A stretch of 64,000 nt of DNA from Candidatus Anderseniibacteriota bacterium (lineage in GTDB: Bacteria > Patescibacteriota > Andersenbacteria > UBA10190), in NCBI GenBank assembly GCA_040876835.1, contig JBBDOX010000018.1, positions 18,232 to 82,231 of the forward strand, written 5' to 3'. Below the pieces are notes generated by a model. It did no database searches and was not told the origin of the DNA. It saw only the letters and a program-made list of their open reading frames with translations. The first letter of the stretch is position 1, and each line of letters begins with the position of its first letter. Below, piece by piece: positions 37,537-47,523 of this stretch. The position numbers were made by a program, and so were the translations under genes.

Positions 37537-38586
37537 TTCAACCGGTATTTTCTCGACGAGCACTGGCGCTTCGCTGTTCGTCTCAATCTGATCAAGCCGA
37601 TTTGTAAACTTATCCAGACGCCGGGCAGAATCGTCATATCGGTTCTTGGCATTCGTTAAGTGAGTACCAACAGTGGTGAAATCTTCCGCAAACTTTCCGA
37701 AATCCTGACGCAGCTGGCCGATGTGTTGCAGTATCTCTCTGGCCTGTTGCTCAATTTTCATGCCACGTAGCCCAACCAGCACGGTCTGCAGGTACGCTAA
37801 GAAACTATTGGGCGATACCGGAATAACATGGTGGGCTAAACAGAATTCCCACAGACTGCCGCCGTCGGCATCCTTGACCATGGTTTCGTAATACACGCCT
37901 TCGAGCGGGATATACATGAAGGCATAATCAAGTGTCTGCTCCTGGGAGGAGATATACTTTTTTGAAATATCCTTTATATGTCTTTTCACATCCCGCAACC
38001 ACTCTTTCCGCAGGTGTATTTTCTGTTCCTCCTCTTGCTCGTGCATAAAGGCTTCATAGTTAGCCAGCGGAAACTTGGCATCTATGGCTACAATGTGTCC
38101 ATCCTGAAGTTTAATAACGGCATCGGCAATCTCTCCCGTGCTGCGCATTACGTACTGCAAATCAAACCGGTCCTGCGGCAAAACCTCGGTCATCAGGTTA
38201 CCCAGTAGCACCTCCCCAAAACTGCCCCGCACCTTCGGGCTTCGAAGCATCGTCTGAAAGGAGGCAATCTCATCGCTGGTTTTCTGAAGAGTGGTAGTGG
38301 CTTCTGCCAGCTTTCCCAGGCCAACTGATACGGAACGCACACTGCGCTCGGCGGCACTTACCCGGTTTGCTAGGAAGTCCTTTGATTCATTCATGGCCCG
38401 AACATTCTCTTGTAGTCGTCGATCAACTTGCTGCCCTACGCGATCTAGCTGCTCGGACATTAATCGCTGCAGGGCGATAAACTGTTCGTTTGCGTTATCA
38501 GAACGATTCATTTTCCGGCTGAGCAGCCATACAGCAACTGCCCCCACAGCCCCGCCGATGATGATGTATATAATTTGTTCGGTCAT
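37534..38586 (-). CDS. rmuC: DNA recombination protein RmuC
   Basis: N-terminal TM, coiled coil, and a conserved RmuC C-domain ('YAFMYIPLEGVYYE'). Confidence 0.8.
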   Translation of the reverse strand: MTEQIIYIIIGGAVGAVAVWLLSRKMNRSDNANEQFIALQRLMSEQLDRVGQQVDRRLQENVRAMNESKDFLANRVSAAERSVRSVSVGLGKLAEATTTLQKTSDEIASFQTMLRSPKVRGSFGEVLLGNLMTEVLPQDRFDLQYVMRSTGEIADAVIKLQDGHIVAIDAKFPLANYEAFMHEQEEEQKIHLRKEWLRDVKRHIKDISKKYISSQEQTLDYAFMYIPLEGVYYETMVKDADGGSLWEFCLAHHVIPVSPNSFLAYLQTVLVGLRGMKIEQQAREILQHIGQLRQDFGKFAEDFTTVGTHLTNAKNRYDDSARRLDKFTNRLDQIETNSEAPVLVEKIPVE

Positions 38587-38698
38587 TGTTCCTATTATAT
38601 ATCACCTGTTCCGGAAGAAAAAGATTTCGAAGGTTGCAATGCTTGTTCTGTTTCTTAAAGATCAATTCAGGATATATAATGCGTAGCAAATAATCTGA

Positions 38699-39685
38699 AT
38701 GAACAAAAAATATTTTTTCTATTTCGTAGCCTTGTTAGCGATCTTGACATTGGCAGTAGCTGTTCTGGGATGGTACTTCTACCCCTCCCAACCTCAAAAG
38801 CTGGATAGGGAAGAATACAAAACTGTTAAGGATAGCCTTGTGGCAATTGTAATTTCAGAAGACCCGAGAGTAGCTCTAGAAAAACTGAGCCAGCTTACTG
38901 AGAAGAGAAGCGCCGTTTCAGGCTCCTGCCATGCACTCGTTCATGAAATCGGGCACGCTTCATATGACCGATACCAAGATGTGGGGGAAGCTCTTTACTA
39001 TCGAGATGAGATATGCGGATCAGGGTATCTCCACGGGGTAATTGAAGGACATATGCGGACTGTACCAGACGTTAACGCCGCCCTTCGAACTGTCTGCTCT
39101 CCATATACTGATCGATTTCTCCGGGGAAGCTGCTACCACGGTGTTGGTCACGGCCTTATGTACTACAGCAATGATAATCTGCCGGAGTCACTTGACCGCT
39201 GTCAGACATATTCGCATGCTTCGGATCGTGTGTCTTGTGCAGAAGGCGTGTTCATGGAAAACTTTAACACTGATCAGAAGCTTCATCCTTCAGCATATCT
39301 GAATGAGGAGGATCCCTTCTCACTGTGTCGAACACAGGCCTTGGATTCCCATAAAGGAGTCTGCTACTTTTACGCACCACTTTACTATCTCAACGCTCAC
39401 CCCGGAAAATACAAGCAGGTATTTGACTGGTGTCAGACTGCGGAGGAGTCTTTTACTGACGCATGTATTAAAGGAGCATCCTCTCGTATAACTAAAGAAA
39501 ATATGCAAAACATCGCTCTGGCGGAGAGGTTATGTGGAGGCTTGGTTGATGAATACCAGGGGTCCTGTGCAGCCGGTATTGGAAGCTATCACTTAACTCA
39601 CTATGGAGATCGCGAGCGTACGAGACAGATGTGTTTAACTTTGAGACAAGAATTTCAACCAGTCTGTCTTAAGGCCATACAGTAA
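38699..39685 (+). CDS. Secreted or membrane-anchored protein with about seven Cys-x2-Gly internal repeats
   Basis: Repeated ~30-aa modules: 'SCHALVHEIGHAS', 'ICGSGYLHGVIEGH', 'SCYHGVGHGLMYY', 'SCAEGVFMENF', 'VCYFYAPLYY', 'ACIKGASSRI', 'SCAAGIGSYH'. Confidence 0.5.
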   Translation: MNKKYFFYFVALLAILTLAVAVLGWYFYPSQPQKLDREEYKTVKDSLVAIVISEDPRVALEKLSQLTEKRSAVSGSCHALVHEIGHASYDRYQDVGEALYYRDEICGSGYLHGVIEGHMRTVPDVNAALRTVCSPYTDRFLRGSCYHGVGHGLMYYSNDNLPESLDRCQTYSHASDRVSCAEGVFMENFNTDQKLHPSAYLNEEDPFSLCRTQALDSHKGVCYFYAPLYYLNAHPGKYKQVFDWCQTAEESFTDACIKGASSRITKENMQNIALAERLCGGLVDEYQGSCAAGIGSYHLTHYGDRERTRQMCLTLRQEFQPVCLKAIQ

Positions 39686-39726
39686 GGCTCGTTTGCATTC
39701 TCCCCCTTCTTGTATATGCTAGGGCC

Positions 39727-40335
39727 ATGTTTACCGGCATTATCCGTCACCTTGGCACCATTGAGAATATTCGCGATGAGGCAGATGGCGCCAAGGTTTT
39801 TAGTATTGGTACCGAGTTAGGTCGCGACCTGCAAGAAGGAGACAGTGTGGCCGTAAACGGAGCCTGTTTAACTGTGCTCTCGGCTGACAAGACGAGCTGG
39901 CAGCTGCGTTTGATGCGGGAGACCCTGGCAAAAACAAACTTGGGAACACTAGCAGTGAATAGTGCGGTTAACCTGGAACGTCCCCTGGTCGTCGGTGACA
40001 GGCTTGATGGGCATTTTGTGCAAGGGCATGTGGATGGCGTGTGTAAGATTGTGAGTATAGAGCCGGTGGGCAATGATCGGATCTTCACCTTTCAACCAAC
40101 TAACCAACTAACAATTCTTCCATATCTTGTTTCGAAAGGTTCTGTGGCACTTGATGGAGTCAGCCTTACCGTTGTTGAAGTCAACAGTAGTGTATTTACG
40201 GTATCAATAATGCCCTACACCCTAGAACACACCACCTTTGGTCAACGAGAGATTGGTGATACGGTTAATATAGAAGTAGATATGATTGGAAAATATGTTC
40301 TCAACCAGTCGCACATTCGGCACCCGGGAGCCTAA
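39727..40335 (+). CDS. ribE: Riboflavin synthase alpha subunit
   Basis: 'MFTGIIRHLGTIENI' and duplicated lumazine-binding halves ('NGACLTV', 'DGVSLTV'). Confidence 0.9.
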   Translation: MFTGIIRHLGTIENIRDEADGAKVFSIGTELGRDLQEGDSVAVNGACLTVLSADKTSWQLRLMRETLAKTNLGTLAVNSAVNLERPLVVGDRLDGHFVQGHVDGVCKIVSIEPVGNDRIFTFQPTNQLTILPYLVSKGSVALDGVSLTVVEVNSSVFTVSIMPYTLEHTTFGQREIGDTVNIEVDMIGKYVLNQSHIRHPGA

Positions 40336-40744
40336 CGGTGGAAATCCCGAGCCACTAGATCCTGCAAACCTACCCTGGACCGAAGGAGTCGTAGAACGTG
40401 GTCGTGGTCGTGGAAAAGAAATAGGTTTTCCGACCGCCAATCTTTCGTTCAAAGATGATTATGTCCGCCCCCGCGATGGTGTTTATGCCTGCTGGGTGCG
40501 CCTGGCTCCCACCGAGGAACTTCTGCCAGCAGTGATGCATGTCGGGCCACGACCGACCTTCGATGATATGGAAATCAGTGTCGAGATTCACATTCTCGAT
40601 TTTAACAAAGATATTTATGGCCACCAGATTGAGTTTGCCCCGATGGAGTTTATCCGCCCCGTGGAAAAGTTTGATACAATACAGGAGCTTCAGGACGCCA
40701 TCGTACAAGATTGCGAAAAAGCGCGCGAATTTCTTAACTCTTAA
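40286..40744 (+). CDS. Stand-alone riboflavin kinase (RibF C-terminal domain homolog)
   Basis: 'RGRGRGKEIGFPTANL', 'GVYACWVRLA' and 'VEIHILDFNKDIYGHQIEF' flavokinase motifs. Start is uncertain: it overlaps the ribE end by 41-50 nt in another frame, and the alternative ATG is at 40295. Confidence 0.65.
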   Translation: MENMFSTSRTFGTREPNGGNPEPLDPANLPWTEGVVERGRGRGKEIGFPTANLSFKDDYVRPRDGVYACWVRLAPTEELLPAVMHVGPRPTFDDMEISVEIHILDFNKDIYGHQIEFAPMEFIRPVEKFDTIQELQDAIVQDCEKAREFLNS

Positions 40745-40755
40745 ATATACTTTGG

Positions 40756-41208
40756 ATGCCAGGCACGGTACATCTGCTGGTGGGGGCAGCTCTGGCGGCA
40801 CTTATACCGCATACACCGACAATGGTAGTGGCTGTCTTTTTTTCTCACTACGTACTTGACCTTTTGCCACATATTGATGCCGAAACATTCGCAAGTAAAA
40901 CCGGCCCTTATACCGGAAGTCAGAAGATCAGCCTGGTCATTGACGCGATACTGATACTGACACTACTGATAGCTCTTTTCTTACTGCGAAACGAAGGAGC
41001 TCATATTCTTATGGGAGCCGTGATAGCTCAGCTACCTGACCTTATGATTCCCCTTGAACGATACCGGGTGTTCTACCCGCTCCACCGCATACACACAATG
41101 TTTCACTGGAATGAGAAGCGTGCCAACTTCTGGGACTGGTATATCTTTGCCTTATTTGCCCCTATTTTAGTAGCCGGCAGTGCGCTGGTAGTGATCTGGA
41201 ACTACTAG
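40756..41208 (+). CDS. DUF457/YdjM-like membrane-bound metal-dependent hydrolase family protein
   Basis: 'GTVHLLVGAAL' and 'LLPHIDAET' resemble the YdjM His/Asp motifs. Three or four TM helices. Confidence 0.4.
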   Translation: MPGTVHLLVGAALAALIPHTPTMVVAVFFSHYVLDLLPHIDAETFASKTGPYTGSQKISLVIDAILILTLLIALFLLRNEGAHILMGAVIAQLPDLMIPLERYRVFYPLHRIHTMFHWNEKRANFWDWYIFALFAPILVAGSALVVIWNY

Positions 41209-41209
41209 C

Positions 41210-42154
41210 ATGGTAACGCTTGTCATCACATTACTGGGATCACTTGCGGTATTGGTTATTACCAGCCGGTACGCAATTCGCCTGCTGACAAACGTTACAA
41301 CCGCCTTAGGTATATCAGAGTTTACGGTCGCCTTTATTATTCTGGCGGTAGCCACTTCCGTTCCTGAACTATCTCTTTCGATTCTATCGGCACTTGATAA
41401 CGCAGGAGAGCTTGTACTGGCCACAGCTCTCGGATCAAATGTCATTAACATGACTCTGATTATAGGCACGGCCGCTATTGTGTCATTGGGTATCTCCACT
41501 TCAGGATTAAAGCTGGGGCGGGACTTACTGTTTGGTGGTGTTACCACCACTATGCCAATTCTGTTTCTAATCAACGGGGTTATCTCCCGCCTCGAAGGCG
41601 GTATCCTTATTACCGCGTTTTGCATTTACATGCTACTACTCTACCGCGACCAGCAGGCATTTAGTACGAAGCGAACGCCTCGGCATATTCTTAAAGGAGC
41701 GGGCTCGCTCTTGCTGGCTATACTGTTACTGGGCGTAATTGTGTACGCTGCTGATAGAACAGTAGGGTCTTCAGTGGAGCTAGCTAGAATTCTGGGATTA
41801 CCTACATTCTTGATTGGCATCTTCCTTCTCGCACTGGGAACTTCTCTGCCTGAGTTCACCACGACGGTTCAGTCCGCTCTGCTGCGTAAACCAACAATGG
41901 CTCTGGGGAATATTCTAGGCAGCAACGTAACTGACTCCGCGTTGATTATTGGTATTGCCAGCGTTATCCGACCGATTCATGTTCCTATCAATCCATCACT
42001 TCTTACCACAGTCCTCTTTATTCTTCTATCACTAATATTGCTGGGATATTTCGCCACTACCCGCAAAAAAATATCCATGAGTGAGGGCCTCGTCCTCCTC
42101 CTCGTATTCATTATGTTCATTATTACAACCCTTCTGGTTGCTCCGGCGAGCTAG
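41210..42154 (+). CDS. Na+/Ca2+ exchanger (CaCA/YrbG-like) membrane protein
   Basis: Two alpha-repeats: '[14 protein letters not shown]' and '[14 protein letters not shown]'. Confidence 0.7.
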   Translation: MVTLVITLLGSLAVLVITSRYAIRLLTNVTTALGISEFTVAFIILAVATSVPELSLSILSALDNAGELVLATALGSNVINMTLIIGTAAIVSLGISTSGLKLGRDLLFGGVTTTMPILFLINGVISRLEGGILITAFCIYMLLLYRDQQAFSTKRTPRHILKGAGSLLLAILLLGVIVYAADRTVGSSVELARILGLPTFLIGIFLLALGTSLPEFTTTVQSALLRKPTMALGNILGSNVTDSALIIGIASVIRPIHVPINPSLLTTVLFILLSLILLGYFATTRKKISMSEGLVLLLVFIMFIITTLLVAPAS

Positions 42155-42765
42155 ATTTCTAGGGCTTTTGTATAATTTTCCTGAACCTGCTTCCAGTTAA
42201 CGACATTCCACCAGGCGGCAATGTAATCAGGCCGTTTATTCTGGTAGTTAAGATAGTACGCATGCTCCCACACATCGACCCCCAGAACAGGTGTTTTGCC
42301 ATCAGTCAGCGGTGAGTCCTGATTAGATGTTGACACTACTTCCAGTGATCCGTCACTGACTACCAGCCAGCCCCAGCCGCTACCAAATTGTCCGGCAGCA
42401 GTCTCGGATAACTTCGTTTTAAAATCATTAAAGCTGCCAAAGGTTGTACTAATTGCTTCAGCTAGCTCCCCTTCCGGCTCTCCCCCGCCGTCAGGACTCA
42501 TAATTGTCCAGAAGAGATTGTGGTTGATATATCCTCCACCATTATTCCGCACTGCTTTTTGAATATCTTCAGGAATCGAGTGTAGGTCAGTAATAATATC
42601 CTCCGCTGATTTACTGGCAAGGTCAGGGTGCCCTTCCAGGGCAGCATTGAACTTATCAGTATATGCCTGGTGGTGCTTAGTGTGGTGAATTTCCATCGTC
42701 CGCGCATCAATGTGCGGCTCGAGCGCGTCATAGCTATATGGAAGAGAAGGTAGTTCAAACGGCAT
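42151..42765 (-). CDS. sodA: Fe/Mn superoxide dismutase
   Basis: '[28 protein letters not shown]' and 'DVWEHAYY' signatures. Confidence 0.9.
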   Translation of the reverse strand: MPFELPSLPYSYDALEPHIDARTMEIHHTKHHQAYTDKFNAALEGHPDLASKSAEDIITDLHSIPEDIQKAVRNNGGGYINHNLFWTIMSPDGGGEPEGELAEAISTTFGSFNDFKTKLSETAAGQFGSGWGWLVVSDGSLEVVSTSNQDSPLTDGKTPVLGVDVWEHAYYLNYQNKRPDYIAAWWNVVNWKQVQENYTKALEI

Positions 42766-42955
42766 GGGTGTGTCATTAAGGATTATATTGATAGTGTACT
42801 GTCGCTCTATACAGCCTACAAGGGATTGTAATGAATGCGTCCTTGTTTATATTGTCGGCTAAGAATAGCCCGAACCTGCTGCGTATTATTCTGCCGAAAA
42901 AGGGTGGAATAAAAAAAGGCTAACGAACATGTCGCTAGGCTGACCGTGAACATTG

Positions 42956-43279
42956 CTATTCATCGATTTCTTCGTAGTCATAGAGGGAGTCGTCCTCCTC
43001 TCCTTCGCAAGGATCTGCGTCGACGCAAACAGAGTCTTCGTCATCCCCCCACTGGGCATCGTCCTCGTGCCGAAAGGGCAGCCCGCAGGCGTAACGAGCA
43101 GCGATGACGATGAGCTTGTCTTCCGAGTCCGGTTTGGCAGCGCTGGGCAGTCTCGGATCAATACCAAGCGCCATGAAGTCGTCTACTGTGTAGCCCTGAG
43201 CTTTACCTTTCTCCCTTTCCCTATTCGCCGGAGTAGAGCGGTGCGATTCCCAAAATTCCCTCAGGTCGTCGCTGATCAT
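42956..43279 (-). CDS. Small acidic protein (107 aa), high-GC orphan
   Basis: GGAGG Shine-Dalgarno 7 nt before the ATG of 'MISDDLREFW'. D/E-rich C-terminus. Adjacent to tRNA-Glu. Confidence 0.4.
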   Translation of the reverse strand: MISDDLREFWESHRSTPANREREKGKAQGYTVDDFMALGIDPRLPSAAKPDSEDKLIVIAARYACGLPFRHEDDAQWGDDEDSVCVDADPCEGEEDDSLYDYEEIDE

Positions 43280-43405
43280 CGTTTTTTCCTCCAAGGAACA
43301 TGCTACTCTTCCTCTTACTTACCCAGAACAGCGTGGTTTGTCAATTGTTGCTTGCACGTACTGCTAAAAATATATATTGTCAGTACGTTCCCTTTTACGA
43401 GAAAT

Positions 43406-43477
43406 GGCCTCATCGTCTAACGGCTAGGACGTAGCGTTCTCAACGCTAAAATCGGAGTTCGATTCTCCGTGGGGCTA
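43406..43477 (+). tRNA. tRNA-Glu (anticodon CUC)
   Basis: 72-nt cloverleaf. Acceptor GGCCTCA/TGGGGCT (two G-U pairs). Anticodon stem TAGCG/CGCTA with loop TTCTCAA. T-arm CGGAG-TTCGATT-CTCCG. Confidence 0.8.
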
Positions 43478-43538
43478 CAATATTTATCGGTAGACTTTGA
43501 CACCAACTGAAAAATTTTAAGTATCATACAACATTTTA

Positions 43539-44276
43539 ATGACTGAACTTTTATGGACATTTCTGGTTGGTGTTGGTGCTAGCATCTTAAGCGGCATTGC
43601 CGGCGGAGGTGGTGGCCTCATCTCTGCCCCTTTCTTTATTCTCATAGGTCTGCCGCCACAAGTCGCTGTTGCAACCACAAAGTTTGGAGCGCTCGGTCTA
43701 ACAATAGGATCGTTAGCTAAATTCAGCGCCACAGAGCATGTGCGCAAAGAGCATGTTTTGTACCTATCTATCTTAAGCATCGCCGCTGCGATCATTGGCT
43801 CGCAGCTGCTATTAGTATCCGATGACGCACTCATTGAACGTCTAGTCGGAGTCATGATTTTAGTCGCTCTGCCTTTTATCTTTATGAAAGACATCGGCCT
43901 AAACCGCTCACAGCCAAGCCGCTGGAAAGAATCTGCAGGCTATGTCCTCTATTTTATTATCCTCGTCCTCCAGGCAGCCTTTGGGGCCGGAGTCGGCATG
44001 ACACTCATGATTGTGATGATGGGGCTACTTGGCTTTACGGCGCTGGAAGCCAATGCCACCCGGCGTATTCCAGGATTTATCCTGGCTGCTACAGCGCTGC
44101 TCATATATATGTTCAATGATGTCGTGTATTACGGTCATGGGCTGGCCATGCTCGGTGGTATGATCGTGGGTGGATATATCGGAACTCATATTGCTGTTAA
44201 AAAGGGAAATAAATTTGTAAAAGCTGTTTTTGCCATAACCGTCGCTATTCTTGGAGTAAAGCTTCTTATCGACTAA
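43539..44276 (+). CDS. TauE/SafE (DUF81) family anion exporter membrane protein
   Basis: Two Gly-rich halves ('GIAGGGGGLISAPF', 'GAGVGMTLMIVMM'). About eight TM helices. Confidence 0.65.
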   Translation: MTELLWTFLVGVGASILSGIAGGGGGLISAPFFILIGLPPQVAVATTKFGALGLTIGSLAKFSATEHVRKEHVLYLSILSIAAAIIGSQLLLVSDDALIERLVGVMILVALPFIFMKDIGLNRSQPSRWKESAGYVLYFIILVLQAAFGAGVGMTLMIVMMGLLGFTALEANATRRIPGFILAATALLIYMFNDVVYYGHGLAMLGGMIVGGYIGTHIAVKKGNKFVKAVFAITVAILGVKLLID

Positions 44277-44384
44277 GCCAAAAAACCGCGAACATGTACA
44301 CTCAGTGCGCATTATGGCATAGTACGCAGTCGCTCTTTGGACAAATGAACCTCCGTGGGACAAGCCCCGCGGAATAGGCAAGTT

Positions 44385-44450
44385 CAACCGTTCAAAAGTA
44401 GTTCTAACTTCCTGTACTACGGCCTACATAACGAGAGTTCAGTATCTTTA
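44385..44450 (+). repeat. Direct repeat copy A (~60 nt), 3' flank of the methyltransferase gene
   Basis: caaccgttcaaaagtagttctaacttcctgtactacggcctacataacg is about 70% identical to copy B at 45488..45555. Confidence 0.5.
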
Positions 44451-44471
44451 TACTCGAGGCTTGCGCTCAGT

Positions 44472-45410
44472 TTACTTCTCCTTTACAAATGCAGCCACTA
44501 CGATACCTTTCTCGAATTCTTCTTTATCTGGTGGAGAGTAATACAGCCCATGTTCTCTAAACTCCTCAACCATATCCCGAACACTCCACGCCATCTCTTC
44601 TTCATTGTGAGAAATCAGATTATCGATCAGGTATACCAACAAGGCTTTTGCACTCGTTAAATACTCTTGTTCCGTTACCGGGAGCAAGCTATCAGGATTT
44701 TTTACAGTAAATGCTTCAAAATATACGCCAAGCGGTTTTAATGTTCGGCTAATTTCGGCCACGTACTGTTGCATTTCCTGCTTTGTAAGATAATGAGTAA
44801 GTCCATTACTAACAGCAACTGCGAATGAGTTGTCCGGAAAAGGTAAGTTGGTTGCATCGGCAGAAACAATCTCCGCATTTTTCGGCAAAGCAGCATCTTT
44901 TGCAGCGATAGAGGCAACTGAAGCTGACTTCTCCACCCCTACAACTTTTTGAAAATATGGTGCCATAGCTCGCATTGCGTTACCGAGACCGGAGCCAACA
45001 TCTAACCCACTACCTATAGTTTTGCTTCTGTTCATTTCCGAGACCAGTTTCAAACGTTCAACAACGGGTGCAAATGTTTTGTCGTTCACGTGTCCAAGAA
45101 TAATATCGTACCAGTACTCTCCGGTTGAAGATTTTTCAGCAAGAATTCTATACTGTTCCTCCTTTGTATTCGGAGGCCGTAACCTTTCGCCAATTTCAGT
45201 TAACTCGTCCAATGGAATCTTGGTGTAATAACTCTCCTTACCCGACCCCGAACTTTCTTCTGTTTGAGCAAGCTCAATTGTTTTTTTCCAAACATCATCT
45301 GACGCCGGATCTTCCTGTATCTGTTTTAACAGTTCTATATACAGATCTGGAATCTTTTCAAGATTACCCTCGCTCTCGGGCGCATTTTGCCTAGGCTGTC
45401 CCTCGTTCAT
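44472..45410 (-). CDS. Class I SAM-dependent methyltransferase (312 aa)
   Basis: Motif I 'GLDVGSGLGNAMRAMAP'. Motif II-like 'AEIVSADATNLPF'. Confidence 0.6.
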   Translation of the reverse strand: MNEGQPRQNAPESEGNLEKIPDLYIELLKQIQEDPASDDVWKKTIELAQTEESSGSGKESYYTKIPLDELTEIGERLRPPNTKEEQYRILAEKSSTGEYWYDIILGHVNDKTFAPVVERLKLVSEMNRSKTIGSGLDVGSGLGNAMRAMAPYFQKVVGVEKSASVASIAAKDAALPKNAEIVSADATNLPFPDNSFAVAVSNGLTHYLTKQEMQQYVAEISRTLKPLGVYFEAFTVKNPDSLLPVTEQEYLTSAKALLVYLIDNLISHNEEEMAWSVRDMVEEFREHGLYYSPPDKEEFEKGIVVAAFVKEK

Positions 45411-45487
45411 TATTTTACTGTAGCAAGGAATTGGAAAATATACCTATTTACTCCTCAGAGATTCGGGATGTAAATATCAGTACCAAT

Positions 45488-45555
45488 CAACCGGTTAAAA
45501 ATAGTTCTGGCCTCCTCCACGGCAGCCTACAATAACCCGCGACTCTCTTCTGATC
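45488..45555 (+). repeat. Direct repeat copy B (~60 nt), 5' flank of the methyltransferase gene
   Basis: caaccggttaaaaatagttctggcctcctccacggcagcctacaataacc; see copy A. Confidence 0.5.
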
Positions 45556-45606
45556 TAAAGCTTTACTAAAAAAATCCCACAGGAGACCTGCGGGGCGGCG
45601 GGACGC

Positions 45607-46134
45607 TTAGCGACAGAAGGTTTCCTCTGCCGCGAATCCGAGCTTCGTATAGAACCCAACCTTGGCCGGATCACAGTAGAGACGAGCGATGTGAATGCGG
45701 TCGTATCTACTCTGGGCGAGAAGAGCGGCGACAGTGTTCGTTGCTGCGCCCCGACATCGAAACTTCGGATGCGTCATGACATATTCGACGTGACAGTCCG
45801 GGCCGATGCACACTCGCAGGGCTGAACTAATCAGCAAATTGTCCTCTGCCAGTGTGAAGAAAACCTTCGTCAGCAGGCAGTGGAAGAACGCATCATGCTT
45901 GCCCTGATTCATGAACAGGCCATCCTCCTGGCAGGAGCGCATGATCGTCCTGTACTGATCGTACCGCCGGCGATCGCTGACCAACTCGCCAGGAGTCAGG
46001 CTTATAACCTGCAGCGGCGAAATGACTTCTGGCGGCCTCCACGAGGCGAGTTGACACTTCATGAACACGGCTTCCATCGAATCCCTCCTTGTTCGAAATA
46101 CCCTGAAAAACGAGCCGGGAACACCATATATCAC
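45607..46134 (-). CDS. GNAT-family N-acetyltransferase (high GC)
   Basis: 'HVEYVMTHPKFRCRGAATNTVAAL' (motif A, R-x-x-G-x-A) and 'GFYTKLGF' (motif B). Confidence 0.5.
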   Translation of the reverse strand: MIYGVPGSFFRVFRTRRDSMEAVFMKCQLASWRPPEVISPLQVISLTPGELVSDRRRYDQYRTIMRSCQEDGLFMNQGKHDAFFHCLLTKVFFTLAEDNLLISSALRVCIGPDCHVEYVMTHPKFRCRGAATNTVAALLAQSRYDRIHIARLYCDPAKVGFYTKLGFAAEETFCR

Positions 46135-46214
46135 TATGAGGATTTTGACAACTTACTTTGGACTACTTTAAAAGTAATTCCTCATGACTCTTCCCTGTAA
46201 TAAAAACATACCTG

Positions 46215-47378
46215 TTATATCACCGTCAGAATAGTACCGGGGTGAATCAGTGTCGGCACAATATTGTATGTGTTTATAAAGCTGCGTGAGGGGCGTTTTT
46301 CGTCAGAATTAAAATGAATATCAAAGGGGTACAGTTTATTACCCTGTTTTACAACTAAGTCCACTGTACTGTCGTTTCGTGACTGCCAAAAGAACAGATC
46401 TTCCTGGCGATTATATGTCCGGCCCTGCTTCCAGATTTCTGCCATCACCCAGTTCTCCCACAATGTATCAATATCACTACGTTTGTCTGAGACTACCCAT
46501 TCGCGCTGAAGGGCGTTTTTTACACCTGTATCCCAAAAGTAATATTTTCTGGTTTTAGTTATTTCCTTTATGGGGTCTGTTGCATACGCTGGCAGACTAA
46601 AGATAACAAAGATTGCCTCTAGTAAATCTAGATACTTTTGAACCGTCTGCCGACTGATGTTAAGCCGAGTGGCTAGCTGCAGAACAGAAACCGTGTTTCC
46701 AATTTCTTTAGCAAGCTCCAGCAAAAGACGCCTGATGTCTTCGGGCGATCGTACGAGGGAGGCCGTAAAAATATCTTTGAGCAAATAGTCGCTCGTTAAA
46801 TTAGTGAGATACTGACTGGGATCAGATGAAAGAAATGCTTCGGGATAGCTGCCAAAGACTAAGCGATTTAAGAGCGACGATCGAATCTGACTGTCGAAGT
46901 GCGTATGAAGCTCAGTGGCAGTATATGCCGGTGTAAACCATGTTTGCTGAGCTAACGTTTCGCGGAAAAGAAGCGGGGTGAGCCACAGTTTTTCGTTGCG
47001 CCCGGTGAGTTCAGCTGCAGCAGTATCTAGTAATGTAGCGCTGGACGATCCAAGTAAAATTATTTTCGTAGTCACGTGAGCGTCGTACCACCCCTTACAA
47101 ATGCGACCGACGTCTGCCACCCGGTGAGCTTCGTCAATAACCAAAACATCTTCCCCTCCCAGTGCTCGAATAGCGTCCTGAGGTGCCAGTTGAGCGGCAG
47201 CTACAAACCGGGCGCGATCCACTTCTATATCCATATTCAGCAATGCGCCTCGTCTTTCAGATAGAGCATGCTCAACTAAAGTGGTTTTGCCTACCTGTCG
47301 AGCACCAAGAAGCAATAGTACCTTGGAAGTGTCGAATGATTTTTTTAGCTCTTCTTCAAGTAGCCGAAGGATATACAT
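46215..47378 (-). CDS. AAA+ ATPase of the DUF4143/COG1373 type
   Basis: Walker A 'GARQVGKTTL', Walker B 'VLVIDEAH', and a C-terminal DUF4143-like region. Confidence 0.6.
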   Translation of the reverse strand: MYILRLLEEELKKSFDTSKVLLLLGARQVGKTTLVEHALSERRGALLNMDIEVDRARFVAAAQLAPQDAIRALGGEDVLVIDEAHRVADVGRICKGWYDAHVTTKIILLGSSSATLLDTAAAELTGRNEKLWLTPLLFRETLAQQTWFTPAYTATELHTHFDSQIRSSLLNRLVFGSYPEAFLSSDPSQYLTNLTSDYLLKDIFTASLVRSPEDIRRLLLELAKEIGNTVSVLQLATRLNISRQTVQKYLDLLEAIFVIFSLPAYATDPIKEITKTRKYYFWDTGVKNALQREWVVSDKRSDIDTLWENWVMAEIWKQGRTYNRQEDLFFWQSRNDSTVDLVVKQGNKLYPFDIHFNSDEKRPSRSFINTYNIVPTLIHPGTILTVI

Positions 47379-47523
47379 GTGTAAATATACATTACAATTT
47401 TTGTACTTAAATTGTAAAGTATATTTTACAGTATAATACTCTAAAACTTACAAAACTCTTACAAAGAAAAAGGCTCAGACCACTCTGGCAAGCGATCTGA
47501 GCAGGAAGTCGGGGCGAAAAGGA

